NCBI GenBank assembly: GCA_964498245.1
Contig: CAZCGK010000002.1
Span: forward strand, 6,133-70,132
Direction: 5' to 3'
Source: an uncultured archaeon
Lineage (GTDB): Archaea > Aenigmatarchaeota > Aenigmatarchaeia > QMZP01
DNA length: 64,000 bases
Shown: one piece after another, positions 1-8,959 of the stretch
Position numbering within the stretch: position 1 is the stretch's first letter
How the letters are laid out: each line of letters begins with the position of its first letter
Notes under the pieces: generated by a model
Database searches by the model: none
Told to the model about the DNA's origin: nothing
Seen by the model: the letters and a program-made list of their open reading frames with translations, nothing else
Position numbers and translations under genes: made by a program

Positions 1-12
1 TATTCACAAAGG

Positions 13-201
13 GTGAAAGAGAACCATGAAATAACAAAAATGATAATTCAGAGAGCACTTTTCTCTACCGATTCTACTATTACACAGGATATAGAGGAAA
101 AGGAGATTGAAGAACTTCTGAAAGAACTCGAAAAGGAAGAAGATGAGGATGTTAAAGAAATAATAAAGGAGATTGAAGATGAAAATAAAAAGGGAGAATG
201 A
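13..201 (+). CDS. hypothetical acidic protein, possibly the 3' part of a gene starting upstream of the window
   Basis: The ORF begins with GTG at 13 and the frame stays open back to position 1. The product is Glu/Lys-rich with no recognisable motif. Confidence 0.25.
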   Translation: MKENHEITKMIIQRALFSTDSTITQDIEEKEIEELLKELEKEEDEDVKEIIKEIEDENKKGE

Positions 202-406
202 CAGAATAATATTACATCTTCACAAAGATCTTTACAAGAGTGATTCCATTGATAAAGCGATAGAAGATTTTGCACACCTTTGTAAAATAAAATCAGGCGA
301 AAACGAAAAGTATTTTTTGATCGAATTTGCAGGGGCAGAGGAATTGGAAGAATTGGTTATGGAGTTTGCAAATTATGTACTATCTCTTTTGAAAATTTCA
401 GGGTGA
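173..406 (+). CDS. small hypothetical protein upstream of the rSAM maturase; possible accessory component (HxsD-like or RRE-like) of the peptide-modification cluster
   Basis: A 77-aa ORF lies 4 nt upstream of the rSAM gene on the same strand. It has no catalytic motifs, so its role is inferred from context only. Confidence 0.3.
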   Translation: MKMKIKRENDRIILHLHKDLYKSDSIDKAIEDFAHLCKIKSGENEKYFLIEFAGAEELEELVMEFANYVLSLLKISG

Positions 407-410
407 GTAA

Positions 411-1820
411 ATGCCAGAAAAATACGGAATACTTCCCTATTCCTCATGTAAAATGAATGATGGTTTTCTGATAACCACAATTACAGGTTCTTGGTGTTAT
501 CTCACCTCTAAGGAATTTGCTATGCTTCAAAAAAAACACATAGAAGCAACACTTTACAGAAAACTTGTTGATAGCGGAATCATCATCACAGAAAAAAATG
601 CCAATGCAATTATAACAGAATACAGGCAGATGAACAGGTTTCTTTTTCAGGGACCTTCACTTCATATAGTGGTTCCAACCTTGAGATGCAATCATGAATG
701 TGTTTACTGTCATGCTAAACCGCCTGATGAAAGATACAGCGATATGGATAAAAAAACGGCAATAAATGTTCTTGATTTTATTTTCAGCACCGAAAGTCCG
801 TGTATAGCAATAGAGTTTCAAGGGGGAGAACCTCTATTAAATTGGGATATGGTAAGGTTCATAATAGATGAAGCTAACAGAATTAACGATGAATACGAAA
901 AAAAGGACCTTGAATTACGTCTTGTAACAAATCTTACCGTGATGGATGATGAAAAACTTGAATTTTTACTGGGTGTGAAGAATGCATATATCTGTACATC
1001 ACTTGATGGTCCGGAGACGGTTCATAACAAGAACAGAAAATATAGAGGAGGTGGTGAGACATACAGCGATGTCGTAAAATGGATTGAAAAAATAAAGGAA
1101 AGGTGTAACAGAATAAATGCAATACCCACAATAACCAGATACTCCCTGCCTTATTGGAGAGAGATAATAGATGAATATGTCAAGCACGGATTTGATACAA
1201 TTCATCTAAGATTTCTCAACAAATTAGGTGCTGCCATGAGAAATTGGAATGAAATTTCATACACACCTGAGGAATTTTTACATTTCTGGAAACAATCTCT
1301 TGAGTATATACTGGAACTTAACAAACAGGGTATAAAACTTAAGGAAAGAACAGCAGAAATAATGCTCACAAAGATTCTGGAAAGAAAAGACCCCGGATAT
1401 ACAGAGCTTATGAGTCCATGTGGTGCAGGAAGAACTCAGCTTCTCTACAACTACAACGGTGATATATATACATGTGATGAGGGTAGAATGCTGGGTAATG
1501 ATCTTTTCAAACTGGGAAATGTGAATAAAAACAAATACAGGGATATTGTAAGAAGCGATAATTTTATTGGTATATGTCATGCATCGATTCTCGATAACTA
1601 TTGCGGAGACTGTGTTTTCAAACCTTACTGCGGAACCTGTCCTGTAATGAACTATGTTGAACAAGGAACGCTCGTACCGAAAATAAGAGAAACGATGAGG
1701 TGCAATATATATAAGGAGCAGTTTTTATATTTATTTAACAAGATAATAAATGATGAAGAAGCTTTAGAAGTATTCAAGGGATGGGTGCATGAAGGAGAAT
1801 GTAAAAAAGAAACTACCTGA
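411..1820 (+). CDS. radical SAM/SPASM-domain peptide maturase-like enzyme (HxsB-like candidate)
   Basis: It has the CNHECVYCH CxxxCxxC motif about 90 aa from the N-terminus, a GGEP motif, and a C-terminal Cys cluster (CGDCVFKPYCGTCP) typical of SPASM/twitch auxiliary clusters. About 90 aa precede the core, which could be an RRE-like recognition domain. Confidence 0.75.
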   Translation: MPEKYGILPYSSCKMNDGFLITTITGSWCYLTSKEFAMLQKKHIEATLYRKLVDSGIIITEKNANAIITEYRQMNRFLFQGPSLHIVVPTLRCNHECVYCHAKPPDERYSDMDKKTAINVLDFIFSTESPCIAIEFQGGEPLLNWDMVRFIIDEANRINDEYEKKDLELRLVTNLTVMDDEKLEFLLGVKNAYICTSLDGPETVHNKNRKYRGGGETYSDVVKWIEKIKERCNRINAIPTITRYSLPYWREIIDEYVKHGFDTIHLRFLNKLGAAMRNWNEISYTPEEFLHFWKQSLEYILELNKQGIKLKERTAEIMLTKILERKDPGYTELMSPCGAGRTQLLYNYNGDIYTCDEGRMLGNDLFKLGNVNKNKYRDIVRSDNFIGICHASILDNYCGDCVFKPYCGTCPVMNYVEQGTLVPKIRETMRCNIYKEQFLYLFNKIINDEEALEVFKGWVHEGECKKETT

Positions 1821-2040
1821 AATAAAAAAAAATATAAAAGATTTTATATCCGATGAAAGTGGTTTTGTTTCCAAGGAGAAGATACTTAAAGCAAGTTTTG
1901 CAGTCGGTTTTGCAACTCTCGCTCTTGTAAATACAGCAGCAGCAGATCATACATCACATACAAACAGCATTTCGGGAAGTTTTTCCGGAAGTACTGTTAC
2001 CGGTTCACATACACATCACGGAAGTCATTCAAGTTACTGA
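1789..2040 (+). CDS. candidate RiPP precursor / His-Xaa-Ser repeat peptide (HxsA-like) with a Sec-type signal segment
   Basis: This 83-aa ORF lies immediately downstream of the rSAM gene and overlaps its stop. It has a Lys-rich N-terminal leader and a hydrophobic stretch ending in AAA|D. The C-terminal core DHTSHTNSISGSFSGSTVTGSHTHHGSHSSY is rich in His-Xaa-Ser/His-Xaa-Xaa triplets. Confidence 0.5.
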   Translation: MKENVKKKLPEIKKNIKDFISDESGFVSKEKILKASFAVGFATLALVNTAAADHTSHTNSISGSFSGSTVTGSHTHHGSHSSY

Positions 2041-2073
2041 ATTTATTTTAATAGAAAAAATAAAAAATAAAAT

Positions 2074-2883
2074 ATGGTTTCGAAAAGGATAAAAGTGATC
2101 ATAAGTTTGATTGTGGTTGTTTTAATTGCTATATTTGTTCTTTTCACTGTAATGAAAAAACCCGAATTGTACAGCAAAGAAGATATAGAGCTTATAATCG
2201 AGAACAACCTTCCTTATATGAAAGAAATTCTTCTTTCTGAAAACCCAGTTTTTGCAGGATGTATTGCATATTCAACTGATAATATTTCGGTTTGCAATGT
2301 ATTGAAAGGAGACGATGAAAAACAAACCTGTCAAAACGATTATTGTATCTATACACTCCTTTCCCATCAGTGCGAAAAAATAGAAAGAAATCAACAAATA
2401 ATGTCCATAAAACCAACAAGTATAATAGCATATATGGAAGTATGTAGAGCACTCAAATCAAAATCCTGTAAAGATCTTTCTGGTGAGATGAAAAAGATAT
2501 GCGAACTACTTATATCACTTAATGCCCAAGATTGTATTTCATTTCCTGAGCTGAACGTGTCAAAATCCGAGTGTAAGAGTTTAGTGTATCTATATGCTGC
2601 TATTTCAAAAAACGATAGTAGTTACTGTGAAAACATACCAAAATTTTATGAAAGAAATGTATGTATATCCCTTGTATCCAAAGGAGAATGTGAAACGGTT
2701 TTGAATGATATTGCAAGAGATTGGATACGCTTTTCTCTCTCCAGAACCTTGTATAATCATACAGATATCTCTTTATGCGACTCCATAAAATATAAGGAAA
2801 TAAAAAAAGCTTGTAAAGATCCATCGATAATTTATGAGGAAATTATAAGAAACTCCGACAATCTGGTTAAGTTAAATCAGTAA
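2074..2883 (+). CDS. Cys-rich membrane-anchored protein (N-terminal TM helix, about 20 Cys in the ectodomain), hypothetical
   Basis: It has the N-terminal hydrophobic helix VIISLIVVVLIAIFVLFTV and many spaced Cys residues. No catalytic motif is recognisable. Confidence 0.45.
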   Translation: MVSKRIKVIISLIVVVLIAIFVLFTVMKKPELYSKEDIELIIENNLPYMKEILLSENPVFAGCIAYSTDNISVCNVLKGDDEKQTCQNDYCIYTLLSHQCEKIERNQQIMSIKPTSIIAYMEVCRALKSKSCKDLSGEMKKICELLISLNAQDCISFPELNVSKSECKSLVYLYAAISKNDSSYCENIPKFYERNVCISLVSKGECETVLNDIARDWIRFSLSRTLYNHTDISLCDSIKYKEIKKACKDPSIIYEEIIRNSDNLVKLNQ

Positions 2884-2898
2884 TTAAAAATATAAAAT

Positions 2899-3999
2899 AT
2901 GATTCGACCTGAAAACAATCGCATAGATAAATATCTCTTAAGGGAGTATCTGAAAGAGATAGCAAAGGTTGTGAATTTTTATCAAGGTATAGACGATTAT
3001 TCGGAATACATAAAAAACTTTGAAAATATATTCTGCAAATATATCAATGCAAAACATGCCAAAGCGGTAAATTCGGGAACGGATGCCCTGCAGATATCGC
3101 TTATTTCTTTGGGTATAAAAAGGGGAGATGAAGTAATAGTTCCGGACCTTACATACATATCTACCGGACTTGCCGTGATATATTCCGGTGCGAAACCTGT
3201 GTTTGTAGATGTTAAAAAGGAAGATTTAACAGTTGATGAAAACAAACTCGAGAATGCAATAACAGAAAAAACCAAAGCAATAATCCCTGTTCATATGTTC
3301 GGACATCCGTGCAATATGAAAGTTATAGCAGAAATAGCAGAAAAGCATGATCTGAAGATTATAGAGGACTGTTGTCAGGCGTTTTCCTGCAAAATAAACG
3401 AAAGAATGGTAGGAACGTTCGGTGATGCATCTGCTTTCAGTTTTTCTTATTACAAACCGCTTTCCTCCCTATCTGGTAACGGAGGGATGATAGTGTTTAG
3501 AGATTCAGGACTTGCAAGAAGTATAGAAGATTTGATAAAACTCTGGAAATGTAATGATTTGCTAAAGGTGAGCGGTAGAAAATTTCACAAAATCTCTCTT
3601 GTAGATGTAGCAACGATCCTTGTAAAATTGAAAAACTTCAGGTTGATAGAAAAATCCAGAAAAGAAGCCCAAAAACTTTACAGAGAAAATCTGGAAGAGG
3701 TAGAAGAAATTGAAATTCCAAGTGAAAGAAAAGGTAGAGCCTCTATAATGGAGAATTTTGTGATACTCGTCGAAAAGAGGGATAAACTGATAGAATATCT
3801 GAACAGGAAGGGAATAAAAATAGAACATCCCTACAGACCACTACATACCATAAAGATGTTCGGTTACAAAGCAAAACCTCAGGAATTTTCTGTAACAGAG
3901 AGGTATTATCAAAAAGGGCTTCATTTGCCTTTGTACAGTCTCATGAAACCAGAAGAGGTTGAAAAGGTAACAGAAGCTATCATACATTTTTATTCCTAA
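2899..3999 (+). CDS. DegT/DnrJ/EryC1/StrS-family PLP-dependent sugar aminotransferase
   Basis: It has the GTDALQ motif, the small-domain SFSYYKP PLP-lysine region, and a length of about 366 aa typical of the family. Confidence 0.8.
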   Translation: MIRPENNRIDKYLLREYLKEIAKVVNFYQGIDDYSEYIKNFENIFCKYINAKHAKAVNSGTDALQISLISLGIKRGDEVIVPDLTYISTGLAVIYSGAKPVFVDVKKEDLTVDENKLENAITEKTKAIIPVHMFGHPCNMKVIAEIAEKHDLKIIEDCCQAFSCKINERMVGTFGDASAFSFSYYKPLSSLSGNGGMIVFRDSGLARSIEDLIKLWKCNDLLKVSGRKFHKISLVDVATILVKLKNFRLIEKSRKEAQKLYRENLEEVEEIEIPSERKGRASIMENFVILVEKRDKLIEYLNRKGIKIEHPYRPLHTIKMFGYKAKPQEFSVTERYYQKGLHLPLYSLMKPEEVEKVTEAIIHFYS

Positions 4000-5143
4000 G
4001 CCTTTGCAATTTCTTGTCTATTTCCTTATTAAATTTTATTAAAGGACAGTATCTGCATTCTATCCAGAAATCGTTATCCGTATTTATTTCATATTTGTAT
4101 TTAATTCTGGCTTGATGAAATTTATCAGAATTCCATATTTCTATCAATCTATTACGGTATATGTTACCTACCAAAAACTGCTGATGGTTGCAACAAGGAA
4201 ACACATTCCCGTTGATATCTATATGAACATAATACCATCCAGTGTAGCACCTTATATTATTGGAGGCAAGTGTATTCAAATAAAAGAATCTATTATAACA
4301 AGCATTCTCAAATTGCACAGTTTTTCTGTCGCAATTTATAGACCTTTTAATAATATCAAGCACTTCATATAAGTTTGTTCTGTATTTATATTCTCTTTGA
4401 GCTTTCAACAATTTCTCTATTAACAATTTTAATTCTTTCATTTCCTTAGGTGAAAGTATTAGTGAAGATGTATCGCTATTAGCTTGCATGAGTTTGAACT
4501 CTACATATTCTATACCAAATTTTGAACATATTTTGAGCATTTTGTCTATATCTTTGAAATTATACTTGTTCAAGATGTATACAATATGAACAACAGGTTT
4601 ATTCAGTTTTAATTTATTCTTGCTTTTAATTTCATAGAGAAACTTCAAATTTTTTAAAACCCTGTAAAACATTTTATCAGAGCCACCTGCTTGTAGAAAC
4701 CCGTGTTTTTTTGGTGAAACTGCAGAAAGATTTACCCTTATTAAATCAATTTCTAGCATATGTTTCAAATGCTTAGGATGAATGCTGAGATTTGTATCTA
4801 TCATTACCCTTATGTCACTTTTCTTTGCATATTTTATCATCTTAAAAATATCTGGATGCAGAGTAGGTTCTCCCTCTCCTAAAATAGATATCTGCTCCAC
4901 TCCCATGATACGGGAATCATCCACAATTTCTTTAAATTTTTCAAAAGGAAGTGCTTTTTTCTTTTTGCTTTTTTTGACAAATTTCGAATGATACCAGCAA
5001 AATACACATTTGAAATTGCAGAATGAATTTACATGGAGCTTTACGCATCTAGGTCCTACAAAAACCTTATCCAGATATGCACCAAGAAGCCTTAGACTTT
5101 CTGGGGATGCATTATATTTTTGATACCTTTCTATAAACTCCAT
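3980..5143 (-). CDS. radical SAM protein with a C-terminal SPASM/twitch-like Cys cluster
   Basis: It has the CNFKCVFCW CxxxCxxC motif and a GEGEP motif. The C-terminal Cys motifs CCNHQ...CRYCP are SPASM/twitch-like. Confidence 0.75.
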   Translation of the reverse strand: MEFIERYQKYNASPESLRLLGAYLDKVFVGPRCVKLHVNSFCNFKCVFCWYHSKFVKKSKKKKALPFEKFKEIVDDSRIMGVEQISILGEGEPTLHPDIFKMIKYAKKSDIRVMIDTNLSIHPKHLKHMLEIDLIRVNLSAVSPKKHGFLQAGGSDKMFYRVLKNLKFLYEIKSKNKLKLNKPVVHIVYILNKYNFKDIDKMLKICSKFGIEYVEFKLMQANSDTSSLILSPKEMKELKLLIEKLLKAQREYKYRTNLYEVLDIIKRSINCDRKTVQFENACYNRFFYLNTLASNNIRCYTGWYYVHIDINGNVFPCCNHQQFLVGNIYRNRLIEIWNSDKFHQARIKYKYEINTDNDFWIECRYCPLIKFNKEIDKKLQRLRNKNV

Positions 5144-6185
5144 ACCACTCCCTTATTTCTCTTTCAGGATTGAAATGCTTTTTAACAGTCATATATCCAT
5201 TCTGTCCAAGGGAATACATTTTTTCTCTGTTATTGTAAATTTCAATTAGTTTTTCATATATTTCTTCACCAGAAAACGGCTCAACAAGCAGACCGTTGTA
5301 TTCGTGTTTTATTATCTCTTCTGTTCCGCCAACCCTTGTGGCTATCACGGGAATGCCAAGAGACATCGCTTCAAGAACCGCATTGGGAAAACCCTCAAAC
5401 AGAGAGACCTGCACATAAACATCAAACATCTGCATCTCCTTCAAAACATCTTCATGTTTCATCACACCTTTTATTACAATTTTGTGTTTGATACCGGTTT
5501 TTTCCACGGCTTTTAAAAAATTAGAATTATCCGTTTTGCTTGCTCCGATCAGGACAAGTCTAGAATCCGGAATCTTGCTTGCAAATACTTTAAATGCATC
5601 CAAAAGATATTTCCAGCCTTTCAGCTTTCTTATATCACCTAAATATGAAACGTTTCCCACGATGAATTCTTTGCTTCTTTTTCTCTTACAATTTGGAATT
5701 TCAACGGAATTGTTTATAACTTCTGTTCGGGTTTTTCTTCCTGTAATTTTTTCAAATATCTTTAGATGCATTTTGCTAACAGAAACAATATATTTAGCAT
5801 TTTTTGCGACAATGTTACAAACATCAGAAATGGTGTTTAAAATATGGGAACCTCTCAAACCCACGATTGAGGGTTTGTCCAATAGGGAAGCTGCCTTTAC
5901 AGCAATCAAACCATCCGGCTCTATATCAAAACCGTGAATCACATCAAAATCCAATCTCTCATCAAGCCTTTTAATCACCTCAACAGCATTGTTTTCGAAA
6001 TGATTTAGTCTGTAGATAAAAACTCTATTGTTCTTCTGAAATTTGCTTCCACCCCTTCCGGTTATAATATGAAATTCGATTCCTTTGTATCTCTTTACCA
6101 TTCCGTTTACAATCCTTTTTAGCGATACGCTCCTTCCACCAAGTGGTTGCGTGCTGAAATCATTGGAGATGATGCATATTCTCAT
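5112..6185 (-). CDS. glycosyltransferase family 4 (GT-B, retaining)
   Basis: The C-terminal EGFPNAVLEAMSLGIPVIAT E-x7-E motif is typical of GT4. Confidence 0.8.
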   Translation of the reverse strand: MRICIISNDFSTQPLGGRSVSLKRIVNGMVKRYKGIEFHIITGRGGSKFQKNNRVFIYRLNHFENNAVEVIKRLDERLDFDVIHGFDIEPDGLIAVKAASLLDKPSIVGLRGSHILNTISDVCNIVAKNAKYIVSVSKMHLKIFEKITGRKTRTEVINNSVEIPNCKRKRSKEFIVGNVSYLGDIRKLKGWKYLLDAFKVFASKIPDSRLVLIGASKTDNSNFLKAVEKTGIKHKIVIKGVMKHEDVLKEMQMFDVYVQVSLFEGFPNAVLEAMSLGIPVIATRVGGTEEIIKHEYNGLLVEPFSGEEIYEKLIEIYNNREKMYSLGQNGYMTVKKHFNPEREIREWYGVYRKVSKI

Positions 6186-6916
6186 TTTATTCCTCCTGCT
6201 TCGCTCAGCCTTAGAAACTCTGCACCAGTTTTTAGCAAGTACTTCAAAAATATTGCAAGATTTTTGAACCCGTCTGCATCAAAGACATGATGATGCATGT
6301 ATATGCCTATTACAGGCATGGTTTCTCTAAGTAAAATGAATTTTGCTATCACATCTCTGATATTTGAATTTTCCAGACAAAGCGATACCGGTACAAAGGA
6401 AAAACCATATTTTTTCATATCGAATTTTGCTGGTTTTTTGGCTGAGAATATTTTGAAGCCCAGAATATCAACAGCCTTTAAAGTGTTCTCATCATATTTA
6501 TGGTATGGCGGTGTGAATGCAGGTATGAAGTCCCTCTTAAAAAAATTTTCCATAATCTCTTTGCCCCTTTCTATCTCCTCTCTCTGTTTTTCATAAATCC
6601 TTCCGAAGAATTCAAACTTTATCATTTCACTGCCGTAATTCTTATGTATGTATCCATGCTGACCATATTCTATCAGCTCAGGATTTTCTTCCTTAATCCA
6701 CCTGAGCCTTTTTGCAGATTCCTCTGTAAGTTTTCCCGGTATTACAGCATGGTGAATTGGTATTTTCTTTTTGATAAAAATTCTGGATAGTGTCATAAAC
6801 TTTTTGTCTGCATCAAACACATCATCATTTCTAAAAAACACCTTGATCGTGTCCATTTCATTCACATATTTTTTTAAGTCCACGATACAAATTCTCGAGA
6901 CCATTATACCATTCAT
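6182..6916 (-). CDS. putative polysaccharide deacetylase-like protein (divergent)
   Basis: It has FRNDDV and HGYIH motifs reminiscent of a NodB-type metal site. The assignment is tentative. Confidence 0.4.
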   Translation of the reverse strand: MNGIMVSRICIVDLKKYVNEMDTIKVFFRNDDVFDADKKFMTLSRIFIKKKIPIHHAVIPGKLTEESAKRLRWIKEENPELIEYGQHGYIHKNYGSEMIKFEFFGRIYEKQREEIERGKEIMENFFKRDFIPAFTPPYHKYDENTLKAVDILGFKIFSAKKPAKFDMKKYGFSFVPVSLCLENSNIRDVIAKFILLRETMPVIGIYMHHHVFDADGFKNLAIFLKYLLKTGAEFLRLSEAGGIK

Positions 6917-8003
6917 TTTTTATCTTTACATGCATATTTTTCTCAATCTGCTTTTTTATTTCCTCAGCTATTTTCTCAGGTGAAAGTTTATCATATCTTA
7001 TCACAGAGGAACCTAACAAATCCTTCATCATTCTTGCACGGGATACCTGCTCCATCTCTTTCATATAGGGAATGAGCACGGCTTTTTTTCTAAACCACAT
7101 TGTTTCAACAGATGTATTGTAACCGCACATGCTTACGGACACATCGCACATACTCAAATAATCTGTAAACTCTGCATTCGGAAGAAAGCTGAAGGTTTTT
7201 ACATTTTTGAATCCTTTTGAAAGTTTATCAAATATATTTATCTCTTTTTTGGTAGATGCAGGACCATAGCATACAAACATGAAATATTCATTTCCCAAAA
7301 ACCTCAGAGACATTATAGATTTTGCTATTATACCGGGATAAACCACACCACCACCTCTACTCACAAGTACAATCTTCTTATGCATTTCACGCTTGATTTT
7401 TTTCTTTTCTTTCTCTGAAAACACATAACCTGTGAAGATAATCTTTCCTTTCAATTTTCTAAAAAAATTGACATATTCCTCTGCTTTCTCTTTTAATGCT
7501 ACTTTCATATATTCGTATTCAATTTCTGGTGTATGAATAAAAAGCCTGTCAAAGCCTTTAGAATATTCAAGTATTTCTTCTGTTCTGTTCAAATCTAACG
7601 CAGGATATCCTATGGATGCGCATATCTTGGTTTCGGGCATGGTTTTTCTCATCCAGAGGATGAAGGGATAAAGCTCATACTTCCCTTCGGATCTTCCGAA
7701 GGGAAAAAACTCTGTTAAGAAAAGATCCGGTTTGAACCTTTTCACAATGCTTTTCATGATAAAAAGCCTTTTTCTTATTTTTCCCGTATCCAAGGGCATT
7801 CCAGCTCTGTAAAACTCCCTTCTATCCCGGAGCGGATAAGGAAGGTTCACAATCTCTATATCCGAAAAATCCACATCCTGCTTCTTTCCGCCGTTGAGAA
7901 TGAGAATTTGAGTTCCTTTGCTTTGCAAACACCTCGCTATTCTCAGTGTTCTTGTGGTATGTCCCAGGGTTTCCCTGTGAGTATAATACATCATTATTTT
8001 CAT
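6858..8003 (-). CDS. GT-B fold glycosyltransferase (GT1/GT28-like)
   Basis: It has a two-domain size of about 380 aa and the N-terminal YYTHRETLGHTTR motif. It is translationally coupled to the flanking genes. Confidence 0.5.
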   Translation of the reverse strand: MKIMMYYTHRETLGHTTRTLRIARCLQSKGTQILILNGGKKQDVDFSDIEIVNLPYPLRDRREFYRAGMPLDTGKIRKRLFIMKSIVKRFKPDLFLTEFFPFGRSEGKYELYPFILWMRKTMPETKICASIGYPALDLNRTEEILEYSKGFDRLFIHTPEIEYEYMKVALKEKAEEYVNFFRKLKGKIIFTGYVFSEKEKKKIKREMHKKIVLVSRGGGVVYPGIIAKSIMSLRFLGNEYFMFVCYGPASTKKEINIFDKLSKGFKNVKTFSFLPNAEFTDYLSMCDVSVSMCGYNTSVETMWFRKKAVLIPYMKEMEQVSRARMMKDLLGSSVIRYDKLSPEKIAEEIKKQIEKNMHVKIKNEWYNGLENLYRGLKKICE

Positions 8004-8959
8004 ATAATATCCCTATTGCAGCCTTTCAAAAAACCATGATAGGATAGGCATTTCGGACATTTTCCCTTTAGTGCTTTTTCGATCACAGCTTTTCTCTTTC
8101 CTTCCTCTACAATTCCGGTATGGATGTTACCTACAGGGTCCTGATAAAGACAGGGAAAAATATTACCTCGGGAATCGATAAATAGGGATGTTTTTGGTGT
8201 GAGGCACTTTTTTATAAAATTCAGGTCTGGGTTTTCTGTAAACTTCACAAGTTGCACAATCCATAAATTGTTTTTACCCTTGTATTTATCCTTTAGAATT
8301 TTTAACAGATCTATTTTGGTGTGTTTCAGTTCTCTTCGAGAAAGCTGTATAATCTTGGTTTCTTTTATACGATGATAATACCTGCTTAAATACTCACCAA
8401 ATTTAGGTTCGAAAAAACAACCAAGTTTTTTAGCTAATTCATAAATACTGTAAAGATCCTTATAATTAAGCTTGGTTATTACTGTTTTTATCGAAATCGG
8501 TATAAAAGGATATCTCCTTTTTATCATTCGAATGGTTTTTACTGTTTTTTGAAATGCATTATTCATACCGCGCTGAAGATTATGGGTCTCCTTTAAACCG
8601 TCAAGGCTTATCCCAAATTCCGTACCATGAAGAATAGCTTTACTGTTTTTCAGAAATTCAAGGATTTTTTCTGTGGCATAACCATTTGTCGTAATGTTTA
8701 TAGATATTACCCTTTTCTTGATATATAAAAAATAGAGATATCTGTATATTTTTTCAAATTCCGGGTGAAGAAAACACTCACCTCCTGTGAGAGAGATAGA
8801 AAGCCTGTTTTCAAATTTGCTGACAAAACTCAAAATATTCACCAAATCCAGATCATTTATTTCCCTTTCCTTCCATATACTGCACATTCTACATTTAAGA
8901 TTACATCTATTGGTTATTTCAAATGTAAGGTTTTTTACATCCTCTAAACATTTACTCAT
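8000..8959 (-). CDS. radical SAM protein with a SPASM/twitch-like C-terminal Cys cluster
   Basis: It has a CNLKCRMCS CxxxCxxC motif near the N-terminus and C-terminal CLYQ...CPKCLSY cysteines. Confidence 0.7.
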   Translation of the reverse strand: MSKCLEDVKNLTFEITNRCNLKCRMCSIWKEREINDLDLVNILSFVSKFENRLSISLTGGECFLHPEFEKIYRYLYFLYIKKRVISINITTNGYATEKILEFLKNSKAILHGTEFGISLDGLKETHNLQRGMNNAFQKTVKTIRMIKRRYPFIPISIKTVITKLNYKDLYSIYELAKKLGCFFEPKFGEYLSRYYHRIKETKIIQLSRRELKHTKIDLLKILKDKYKGKNNLWIVQLVKFTENPDLNFIKKCLTPKTSLFIDSRGNIFPCLYQDPVGNIHTGIVEEGKRKAVIEKALKGKCPKCLSYHGFLKGCNRDII

